Positions 45,523 to 54,600 of a stretch of DNA of 64,000 nt are shown in pieces. The translations under genes and the position numbers were made by a program. Source of the DNA: Candidatus Poribacteria bacterium. GTDB lineage: Bacteria; Poribacteria; WGA-4E; PCPOR2b. The stretch lies in NCBI GenBank assembly GCA_965208325.1, contig OZ242326.1, forward strand, positions 4,512,001 to 4,576,000, written 5' to 3'. Every line of letters starts with the position of its first letter. Positions within the stretch are counted from its first letter, which is position 1. A model generated the notes under the pieces. It saw only the letters and a program-made list of their open reading frames with translations. It made no database searches and was not told the DNA's origin.

Positions 45523-46754
45523 GTCCTCACAGGATTTCTGGCGATTTTAATTGTAGTTAGCACGTAACTGCCATTTACCTTAAATTCGGGTTCCGGGTGT
45601 CCGGCTGCTTTGAGCGACATTCTAGCAATCGGTATTCCCATGCCGTACCGCTGCACAAAACCGAGGTTTTTCATGGCTTCCGCTAAATTGGGGTTACGAT
45701 AGTCGGTAAGACCGGGGTGACCGAAATTCTCGGTGGTCACAGCCCCGAAGGCGCCGCCAGGGCTCAACACCTCAATGCGGTCATTGAACCACGACACACG
45801 AATCGGCGCATTGGTTGCTTCGTAGCTCCTATGCATCACCGCATTCCGAGTAATCTGTTGCACCGCCATCATGGGATAAAGCGATGTTCGTTGTTCGACG
45901 TTACTCGTCGTAATATCGACAGCGATGCGGTTGTGCGCGTTTAGTTTATCGTCGAGACGGCGAAGAAGGTCCGGAATTGCGCCGCGAATCTCCTCACTGT
46001 CAACTATATCGTCGGTTAGCTCGCCGCCATCAATTTTGAGGAACTGGACGTAAGCGCCGGGAAGAAAATCTTGTGTATTCTTACCAAGCACCAGGATTCC
46101 GAGCACTGTTGCGATTCGTCCATCGCCTGGAGCGATCATTTTAGTTGCAGCCAATCGTTCCTCAGGAGTGCGTTCATTGGCTTCCAATATTTCCGTAGGG
46201 ACAACCTGCGGCAGATATTCATTCTCGAACTGCGCAAGGTTTAGGTCAGAGATGCCGGCTGTGGGGATAGGATTTATGTCGAAGGGGATATCTCCATATC
46301 GCCGCTTTTCGTTGAGAATGCTTTCCTCCTGCGCTGTCGCGATGCCGCGGCGCGGACCAATACGGATATGGATAACACCCTTGTACCGAACCGGCGGCGA
46401 GTTAGATGGTTGCACCGTGACCAATGCAATTTGCCTTCCGCCCAGCACACACTTTTCAACGGTTAGTGAAGGCGGCGGTACGATATTCCCGTCGGTTTTC
46501 ATATCAGCCAATTGGCGGAGCAATTCGTTCGTGACAGTTAACCCCGCGATAGATTTGTCGTTCCGTACCCCGACGAAAACAAAGCCTGGTTTTTCGCGGC
46601 GCGGCAAATCGTTGGCAAATGCACAGATGGCTTCCCTGATTTCTTTCGGGGCACTGCCGGATAGTGCCTCTTTGAACTCAACTCGGTCGGCTTCATCGTC
46701 TTCTATAATTTGCAGCAGTTCCTTATCTGTAAGATTCGGCATATCAATTCCCAC
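45519..46754 (-). CDS. AlbA_2 (Schlafen-like) plus HATPase_c_4/RecG_C domain protein
   Basis: E..RVEFKE, ICAFAN....G..FVGV, NAVMHRSY, DRIEVLSPGG, YRNP.LAE......VQRYGMGI. Confidence 0.88.
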   Translation of the reverse strand: MGIDMPNLTDKELLQIIEDDEADRVEFKEALSGSAPKEIREAICAFANDLPRREKPGFVFVGVRNDKSIAGLTVTNELLRQLADMKTDGNIVPPPSLTVEKCVLGGRQIALVTVQPSNSPPVRYKGVIHIRIGPRRGIATAQEESILNEKRRYGDIPFDINPIPTAGISDLNLAQFENEYLPQVVPTEILEANERTPEERLAATKMIAPGDGRIATVLGILVLGKNTQDFLPGAYVQFLKIDGGELTDDIVDSEEIRGAIPDLLRRLDDKLNAHNRIAVDITTSNVEQRTSLYPMMAVQQITRNAVMHRSYEATNAPIRVSWFNDRIEVLSPGGAFGAVTTENFGHPGLTDYRNPNLAEAMKNLGFVQRYGMGIPIARMSLKAAGHPEPEFKVNGSYVLTTIKIARNPVRT

Positions 46755-46882
46755 TCATTCTAAATCAAGGTTACCGACTGTGCTTTCCACTACAACCCGG
46801 TATGTGATGCCATGAATATTTTCCTATTGATGACTTTTTTGGTTGATTATGCTCGAATTGACCGTTGAATCTTGGAAATTCG

Positions 46883-47242
46883 TCAAGTTCTTTCTTCCCG
46901 CCCCAAGAGTGTTTCGACTCTCTGCAGAACTGCGTCTACCGTCTTTGCGGGCAAAGGACAAATCAACTCGGCGTTGCGCGCCCGCCAATCCGCGCTCTTG
47001 ACCTGATCCGCCAGTATAACGCCCGACACATCCAGCCCCGCGGGGATGGCGACCTCAAAGGGATAACCTTTTTCACGATTGGTTATTGGACACAGAATCG
47101 CCAAGCTGACCTTGCCGTTATAAGCCTTCGGTGAAAGCACAACGGCGGGACGGCGTCCGCTCGGCTCGCTGCCGGCGCGGGGATTTGGGTCAAGCCATAC
47201 TGCATCGCCGCGCTGTGGGACGTACTCGAATCGGGCTACCAT
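46883..47242 (-). CDS. mazF: MazF/PemK endoribonuclease toxin
   Basis: YVPQRGD.VWL..NP..G.E..GRRPAVVLSP..YN, CPIT...KGYPFEV, DQVKS.DW.AR. Confidence 0.95.
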   Translation of the reverse strand: MVARFEYVPQRGDAVWLDPNPRAGSEPSGRRPAVVLSPKAYNGKVSLAILCPITNREKGYPFEVAIPAGLDVSGVILADQVKSADWRARNAELICPLPAKTVDAVLQRVETLLGREERT

Positions 47243-47478
47243 GTTTCGCTGCCTACCGTGCCGACAGTGTCTACTTCACCGTGCAGGTTGTGGTCCGTTA
47301 CCTGTGCCAAAAGGTCATCTAGCGCAAGACTGGCGGGTCTCACCGGAACGATGACCAGATTTGTCCCGCTAAGCGATAAGTCTACGGTTGAGTTGGGTTC
47401 GAGTCCAATTTGGTTTGCCAGCGGCTTGGGAATCCGCAGTGCAAGGCTATTGCCCCATTTCTGTACACGGGTTTCCAT
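47236..47478 (-). CDS. mazE: MazE/AbrB antitoxin
   Basis: VQKWGNSLALRIP, L.DLLAQVT..NLHGEVD...VG.E.W. Confidence 0.95.
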   Translation of the reverse strand: METRVQKWGNSLALRIPKPLANQIGLEPNSTVDLSLSGTNLVIVPVRPASLALDDLLAQVTDHNLHGEVDTVGTVGSETW

Positions 47479-47497
47479 TTTATTTCTCCTCTGTGGC

Positions 47498-47538
47498 GTA
47501 GATACAATGAGTATACATCATGAATTTGACAATGTCAA
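47498..47538 (-). promoter_or_regulatory. mazEF promoter and operator
   Basis: Minus strand TTGACA (47538-47533)-N17-TATACT (47515-47510); palindromes ttgacattgtcaa and gtatactcattgtatctac overlap it. Confidence 0.8.
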
Positions 47539-47649
47539 GTCCGAATTAGGGCGCGGTGAGCGGACCGGGAGGTGCGTCAACGTCCCGATAGTCGGGGCTG
47601 GGAAGTCCCTCCTACAGGTATTGTCGAGATGTTGGGAATAGGTCTTTGT

Positions 47650-48111
47650 TCAAACGGTTTTAGAGGGGAGGGCGAGCAGTTCGCGCAGTTTTTCGGAGCG
47701 GTAGGCAAAGATTTTCGCTATGTCCGGGGCGACGAAGAGTTTTTGGATGAGCCATCCGCCGTAGACTGCGTATTCGACCTCATCTCTTACCAGTGTGCCG
47801 TCCGGGTTTGGGACGAAGGAGTGCTTGTGAATCCAGCGGCGGTAGGGGCCCCGGCGTTGCTCATCGACGAAGGAGTGCGGCGGATCCCACGCGGTAATCT
47901 CGCTTTGCCAACGGATGGGTACACCGCGAAGCTTCAGGCGGTAGTCGAGTAGCGTTCCGACCTTCATGTCAATGGGCGGGGGTGTCAATACGTTAAAATG
48001 CAGCCACGGGGGCGTGATTTTTGCAAGGTTGTGCGCATCTGAAAAGAAGCTGAATAGTTCGTCCTGCGGTTTGTCGATTTTCTGTTCGGTTTTTAGGTGG
48101 TAGGTTTTCAT
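47650..48111 (-). CDS. SRPBCC family protein
   Basis: F.FFSDA.NL..ITPP.L.F, W.SEIT...PP..FVDEQ..GPY..W.H.H.F. Confidence 0.9.
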   Translation of the reverse strand: MKTYHLKTEQKIDKPQDELFSFFSDAHNLAKITPPWLHFNVLTPPPIDMKVGTLLDYRLKLRGVPIRWQSEITAWDPPHSFVDEQRRGPYRRWIHKHSFVPNPDGTLVRDEVEYAVYGGWLIQKLFVAPDIAKIFAYRSEKLRELLALPSKTV

Positions 48112-48174
48112 TGATTTTGAGTTTGGCGCGCGACGCGGAGTTTTGGGAATTCTTTTGAATGGGATTAGTACACT

Positions 48175-49197
48175 TCAGGCAGTGGTAATGCCCGCCGAGC
48201 GTAGGGATTTGAGAAGTTTGGAGACGGGTCTGTTTTTCTTTTTGATTGCGAGGGCTGCCTCGCACGCCGCGATTGCGCGTAGTCCCATGGCGTTATCCTG
48301 TGTGGTACGAAATGCGGAGGCGCAGATTTTTGCCGCGGCGGTGTGATACTCCACGGGATCGATACCGTCTGGGTACTCGCTGGACCGGGTCTGGGGAGAT
48401 TCGCCGAGGTGATTGGCGATACGGTCTAACACGGCTAACCCCGCCTCCCACGCTTCAGATTTCGCTTCGCAGACGACCCTTCGGTAAAGCGGCTTTAGGG
48501 CGGCGTTGTCCAACCAGTATGCCTGTTCGCAGCATTCTGCCGCTTCGCCGTAGACCTCATTGTCCTGGTGCAACTTCGCCAATTCGCTATAAAACACATG
48601 TAGTCCGCTACGCGTAATGGTGTACCTATTATGCGCCGTGTTCGCAAGCCCATCCCTGTCCTCCAGGAATTCTATGGCGGAGTTTTTGTCATCTTCGGTA
48701 ATGATGATGTCGGTCAATAAGTGCATGGCAACAGCGGCGTTTGGGTAGATTTTTGTGCGGCTATTCAGCAAGGGATAAGCGTGCGCCGGTTTGTCCATCT
48801 GGAGCAGTTTTAGTCCTGTAGCGATTCGGAATAGCGAGACAATCTGGTCACTGTTTTTTCGTTCCCGCTCCGCAATCATCACGTCCTGATTTTCCGCGAT
48901 GCGGCGATTGAGATTGTGGTATTCCGTCCGGATTTTCGCATCTGCGGGATTCAACTGAAGTGCACGTCCGAGAAACCGCTGGGCGGCAAACACTTCGTTC
49001 CAAGTTTCGTAGATTTTAGCAAGATGGAAGTTGGCTTGGGCGCGGATATCGGGTACAGCCTCGACGGACAAAATTGTCTCCCACAACTGGATGGCTTTCG
49101 GGATGCCGCCCTGTTTTTCCAAGGATAGGGCGTATTCAACATGTTTGTTTATGTCCGATTGAACCTGATTTTGGGTGGGTAAAGCGTAATTTTGCAT
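48175..49197 (-). CDS. TPR-like helical protein
   Basis: ANFHLAKIY...A..FL.RALQLNP.D and further degenerate TPRs. Confidence 0.7.
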   Translation of the reverse strand: MQNYALPTQNQVQSDINKHVEYALSLEKQGGIPKAIQLWETILSVEAVPDIRAQANFHLAKIYETWNEVFAAQRFLGRALQLNPADAKIRTEYHNLNRRIAENQDVMIAERERKNSDQIVSLFRIATGLKLLQMDKPAHAYPLLNSRTKIYPNAAVAMHLLTDIIITEDDKNSAIEFLEDRDGLANTAHNRYTITRSGLHVFYSELAKLHQDNEVYGEAAECCEQAYWLDNAALKPLYRRVVCEAKSEAWEAGLAVLDRIANHLGESPQTRSSEYPDGIDPVEYHTAAAKICASAFRTTQDNAMGLRAIAACEAALAIKKKNRPVSKLLKSLRSAGITTA

Positions 49198-49556
49198 GGG
49201 GGTGAGGGGGTGATTAAATTATGTTTTGATTAATAATAGACATCTTTCCTAATTAACTCAATGTGGTTGACAAAACCGAAGCGTTAAGGGCAACCACAAG
49301 GGTTGCCCCTACAGCGTACTAGCCCAATTTGACGGTAGTCGTTTTTACCTGCCGCCCCGCTGGGGCTAGATGTTGATGTGTAACAATGATTTCTATATAC
49401 CTGTCGCCCCTCTGGGGCTATCGGGCGGTGGAATCATTTTGGAATGATGTCTAATGGCTTTTGCAAGCAAGAACTCCGCGTGTAAATCCGATTAAAAAAG
49501 GGTGTGAAACACCAAGGCTAGAGAAGACTATCGCCCTCGCAGTTCGCTCAATTGAT

Positions 49557-50420
49557 CGTTGGATTGGCTCCACGTAAATTGCTAGCCGCGTCGTACAGAA
49601 ATCAGAACGAATCTAGACTCAGGACAGCTCATGGTATTACCCGCTTAACCTAACCTACAAGAACTAAACAAGTGAAGACTATCGCCTTCGCTATTCGCTC
49701 AGTTGATCCCTCCCTATTCAGTCGGTTGATCCTTCGCTATTCGCTCAGTTGATCGGTCTGCCCTACCTACAGGGTACAAATCGGTCGGTCAATCTCTCTA
49801 CCATACCCGGAGTGATTACGGGCTTCGGAATCCCTTTATTATCCATAGAACTGCTCTGAAGACGATGTGCCCGACGACGAATGTAACGGCAAAGCATACA
49901 GTTGCCACCCAGATGCCTTCGCTGAACTCTTCAAGAACAGTAAAAAAAGCCAAAATCAGAAGACCAAGGATAATAGAGAAAAACAACCAAAGGCGGTTGA
50001 ATCCCTTCTTCCAATTTACTGCCAATTGAACGCCTCCTTTTATCGGGGAAGTGTCACCGACGACTCTGTGTTTATTCTAAGCTAGTGTGTAGGTTCGGTT
50101 GAGCGGTGTTAACGAGACAACGCCTGTATGCCGCGTGCATGTACGTGTTTTGATTACCCTCAACATGTCGGCTGATGAAGCGTAACCCAACGTTTTTTGT
50201 CGAATGCGAAGTGTATAGTTGAGCAGTGGTTTAAGAATTCGAAAAGCGTTGGGTTCGCTCCATGTGATTTGCTAGCCGCGTCGTATAGAAATCGGAACGA
50301 ATTTCGATTCAGGACAGCTCTTTGTATTACCCGCTTAACCCAACCTACAAGAACTACAAGAGAAGACTATCGCCCTCCCTATTCGGTCGGTTGATCCTTC
50401 GCTAATCGCTCAGTTGATCC
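49557..50420. repeat. Direct repeats of about 175-195 bp (49557-49753, 50247-50420) flanking a small gene
   Basis: Shared gctagccgcgtcgta.agaaatc.gaacgaat...caggacagctc...gtattacccgcttaacc.aacctacaagaacta...gaagactatcgcc. Confidence 0.85.
49816..50025 (-). CDS. Small two-TM membrane protein
   Basis: AAAGGAGG RBS before TTG; NWKKGFNRLW...TM...TM..WIIKGF. Confidence 0.7.
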   Translation of the reverse strand: MAVNWKKGFNRLWLFFSIILGLLILAFFTVLEEFSEGIWVATVCFAVTFVVGHIVFRAVLWIIKGFRSP

Positions 50421-50477
50421 CTTGGCAAGGGCGAGAACGTACTTGGTAAGGGGGAGAATGTAAGGTGCTCCATATAC

Positions 50478-50690
50478 CTACGGGACTTCTTCAGAACTCC
50501 AATTTTCCGTCTCGGTTGCGAAGGTGTCGGCGAGGTCTTCGGCGATGGTGTCCTTAATGAGACTGATGAGGTCTTCGCGGAATTTCATCCAATCTTGTCC
50601 GCGCCTCGTGAAACGATGGGGACCGTCAATTTCGACAAACATGGTGTCATTAGGTTGAGACAGCGATTCAAAGTAGCGAGTGACCTTCAA
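50478..50690 (-). CDS. Small acidic hypothetical protein (70 aa)
   Basis: AGGAGG RBS before TTG at 50690; directly downstream of the HAD gene. Confidence 0.65.
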   Translation of the reverse strand: MKVTRYFESLSQPNDTMFVEIDGPHRFTRRGQDWMKFREDLISLIKDTIAEDLADTFATETENWSSEEVP

Positions 50691-50737
50691 TACGTTTTTC
50701 CTCCTGATAACAGTTTGCAGATTGTGAAACGGCGGAT

Positions 50738-51439
50738 TTATGGATCGGGATTTAGCGTCCAATTTTGGATTTCCCAACTAGACTCAAGCGCAATTCGCCG
50801 AAATTTCTTGCCGGGATTGACGGCAACGGGATGATTTACGCATTGCAGCATCGGCAGGTCTGCACTGCTATCGCCGTATGCGTAGCTTGCGGTGAGATCG
50901 ATGCCGTGATGTTCGGCGAATTCTGTGACGGCGCGAGCTTTTTCCTCTCCGCTTAGCGGCGGTGTAGTGAGTTCACCTGTGAATTTGCCGCCCTCCTCAT
51001 GGATCTGCACGGTCAAAGCATGGTCGCATTCGAGAAAATCGGCGAGCGGCTGGATGATGAAATTGAGAGAACCGCTCACGAGAACGACCAAATCGCCGCG
51101 GCTTCGGTGTTCACTTATGCGATCTAATGCGGCGGGGAAGATTTTCGGGCGGAGATGCGTATCGAAATTTTCGTATGAATGATGTTGAAGCGTCTCAACA
51201 TCCAGACCTTTGTAGTTTCGGTAGAACACACTATTAAATTTTGTGCGGCTGGCTTTATCGAGAATGAGGTAGTATATCACTTTAGGGGCGAATTGAACCA
51301 TCCAGAACGGACGCAGCGCGGGAGGAAGCAGCGGAACGCGAAGCCAAACGAAATAGTGGACGATGGTGCTCTTGACTATGGTGCCATCGACATCGAAGAA
51401 TGCAGCCGTTTTTCGTTCAGCCGGCTGAGTTTTTGACAT
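50738..51439 (-). CDS. HAD-IB (SerB-like) phosphatase
   Basis: AAFFDVDGT, LVSGS, G.EK, AYGDS.ADLPML..V..PVAVNP. Confidence 0.93.
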   Translation of the reverse strand: MSKTQPAERKTAAFFDVDGTIVKSTIVHYFVWLRVPLLPPALRPFWMVQFAPKVIYYLILDKASRTKFNSVFYRNYKGLDVETLQHHSYENFDTHLRPKIFPAALDRISEHRSRGDLVVLVSGSLNFIIQPLADFLECDHALTVQIHEEGGKFTGELTTPPLSGEEKARAVTEFAEHHGIDLTASYAYGDSSADLPMLQCVNHPVAVNPGKKFRRIALESSWEIQNWTLNPDP

Positions 51440-51659
51440 CGATTATGAACTCCAATTTGAAATGTCCTGTGCGACACACGGACTACTTATACCATTTCTA
51501 TATATTGGCGGTGCATTAATAGCGTCAAACAAGTCTTTCCGAAGCGGGGCAAGATGCCCCGCCTACGGGGTTCGGCGGAAAGGGCAACAGTTAGTATGGG
51601 TCGCTTCATAGTAGTATAATTGAGAACACGATATGCACTATTATTCAAGCGAAATGGTA

Positions 51660-54600
51660 TTACACGTTACGTGCGCTTTCCCGCAACTGCTCGATTTTTT
51701 CTCGCACCTCATCAACAAAGGCTCTATAGACTTCATGATTGATTGCCGCGCCGTCCTCAGAAGCACGGAGGGTCATTGGCTCACCGAAAACCACCTTAAT
51801 TTGCTTCCTGCGCGGCAAGTTTTTGCCTTTGGGCAGCGCTTGGTATGCGCCGTCAATATATGTTGGGACAACCGGCGCCCCGGTTTCGTAGGCGAGCAAT
51901 CCCAGCCCGGCTTTGAATGGTTGGAGTTCGCCTGTGACTGATCGTGTACCTTCCGGATAGATGAGTAAGCAGCGGTTTTCAAGCATAATTTCGTGGGAAG
52001 TCCGTACATCCTGCAGAAACTGCGAAAAATTGTCTTTCCGTTCGAAAGGCAGAAACTTAAAAAGTTTGCCAAAGAACCATGCTTTGAAGCGGGTATTGAA
52101 GAAGTAGTCGCGTGCGGCTAGAATTTTGATGCCCCTCGCTGATTTACCGAGCGCAGTAACTACGGCGCCGGTATCAAGGTGACTTGTGTGGTTAGCGACA
52201 AAGATGCACGGTTGACCGTCCGGGATGTGCGATTTACCGTAAGTTTTGATGGAGAAATACCCGTGATAGGCGATTCGCATGCCGAGCCGCAAAAGGCGTG
52301 TTTTGATTGATAAGTGCGGCAGACCTATGTCAGCATAGGCCGGCGGTTCAGCGCGGGCAGAAATCGTCACGCTGCTCTCAACCTTGTGAATTGCAGGTTG
52401 GGCTTGCAGCGATTTGACGGATTGAATTACGTCGCCGACGGTGCGAATCTGCATGACCATCTCGTCAGGTATGGGATGTTGAATTTTGGCTTCCAGCAAT
52501 AGCAACAGTTCAACTCGCGCAAGCGAATCCAATCCGAGATCGGCGTCCAAGTGATCTTCCAAACGTATCTTTTCTAGCGGCATACGCGACAAACGGCTCA
52601 ATTCAGCAGCAATGGCACCCTCCCAACCGCCAGAAATCCAATCCGGTTGCGCTGAGGAAGTCGACTCATCAGAGGCGTCGTCGGCGCTCTCTCCCGTTGA
52701 AATATCGTCCTGTGTCACGCCAGACAGCCGATCCAATAGCATCTCTTTAACGCGCCGGCGGTGAATCTCAAAGGTTGGTAGTTTGGGCAGTTCCGATTCC
52801 CAAAAATGTAATTTGTGAAGATGTTGATAGCTGGGGAGATCGCGCGCGCAGTTTTGAAGATGTTGGCGAATTTTAGCTTCAACCTCCGCCGGATTGGGTT
52901 TACCCCTTCGATTGGGAACAATGACAGCGTGAACTTCTTCCCCGTGCGAATCGCCGATGTTCACACCGACAACACAGATTTCTGCGATGTCCGGGCTGTG
53001 TTGATACAGCTCTTCAAGTTCGACTGGATATATGTTTTTTCCCGCGCTCGATACGATGACATCCTTGAGACGTCCGGTGATATAGAGATAACCATCAGCA
53101 TCAATGTACCCGAGATCCCCTGTATGCAAGGTTCCACTCCGCATCATGTGTTCGGTCGCCCCCGGGTTCCGGTAGTAACCTGCCATTAGGCTAGGACCTT
53201 GCGCTACAATTTCGCCAATCCCGTCCGGGTTTGGATGATGGATTTGAATTTGTGTGCCTTGTACGGGAACGCCGACAGCCGCCCGCTTACTTTTGTGATG
53301 AGGATTCACGGTAAGCACGGGCGCGGTTTCGGTCAACCCGTAGCCCTGATAAATTGTTAACCCGAAACGCTGGTATGCGTCATAAATTTCGTTGGACAAC
53401 GCCGCACCGCCGCTCACTAGGACACGCATGTTACCACCTAACGCGGCGTGCAACGCTTCAATCGCCGATCGGTCAGGCGGAGCATCTTCCGCAGCGGCAG
53501 ATTTCAACACGTAGCGCATGATAGTGTCATAAATTAACTTAAACATTCGCGGCACGCCTATGACGACAGTTGTCTGTGTTGCCTGCATGGTTTCTAGAAC
53601 AACGGTCGGTTTGAGCGTGTTGGGATAAGTGACCGTGGCACCGCCGTAAATTGACATCAGAAAACAGCAGGTAAACTCCAGCGCGTGATGCAATGGCAAT
53701 ATCGACAAGAACTGGTCTGTATCGCGGGGCGGCAACGCTTGTGCAACAGCGTGGACGTTAGCAATGAAATTCTTGTGGGAGAGCATTACCCCTTTCGCCT
53801 CGACCGTGGTGCCCGCAGTGAAGATTATTGAGGCGATTGTGTCGGGTTGTATATCCACTTTGGGGAAGCCGTTGGTTGGATCGGACACATCACTCTCTTC
53901 GATTGAATCAGATTGGGATTCCAGCGTATGGCCGAACTCTAATGGTTCACAGAAACGATAGATGTTTAAGAGGTCTACCGTAAGTGTGCCGTCGTCGGAC
54001 TGAATTAGTGCACGGTGCAAATGCACAGCCAGCGAATCCGAGGTTAGAATGGCTTTCGCCTCGGTAAACTTGGCGAGTGCAAAGATTTCACGCTCCGAGG
54101 TTTGCCGGTCGACTGGAACAACTGTGATGCCGATGTGTATGGCACCCAAATAAGCGATAGCCCATTCCGGGCAGTTCTCAGCAAAGAGGATGAGGCGGTC
54201 GCCTGAGCGGTAGCCTCGATTCCAGAGGGAACAAGCGATTCGCCGGGAAATGTCATAGAGTTGGCTGTAGGAATACCGTACCCAATTGTCACCGGATTTC
54301 ATCTGAAGCGCCGTTTTATTCGGATGGGATTTGACACGTTCGGCAATCAGGTCTGGAATGGTACGATAAGGCAATTGTGAACTGCCGCCAGCTTCGTCAC
54401 CTCGGATGCTGTCCCCCTCTTCACTTTGTTCAGGTACGGGTTTTTGTCCTTTGCCGCTTTCGAGTTTGAGGATGTGACGCTTGATGCCGGGAATATGAAC
54501 CTCCTGGAGATAATGCCTCCAGTCAAAACGTAAGACATCAAAGTTGAACCGCCGTTGGTCGGACGGATCGAGAGAACGATACAACGCTTCAGTTTTGCCG

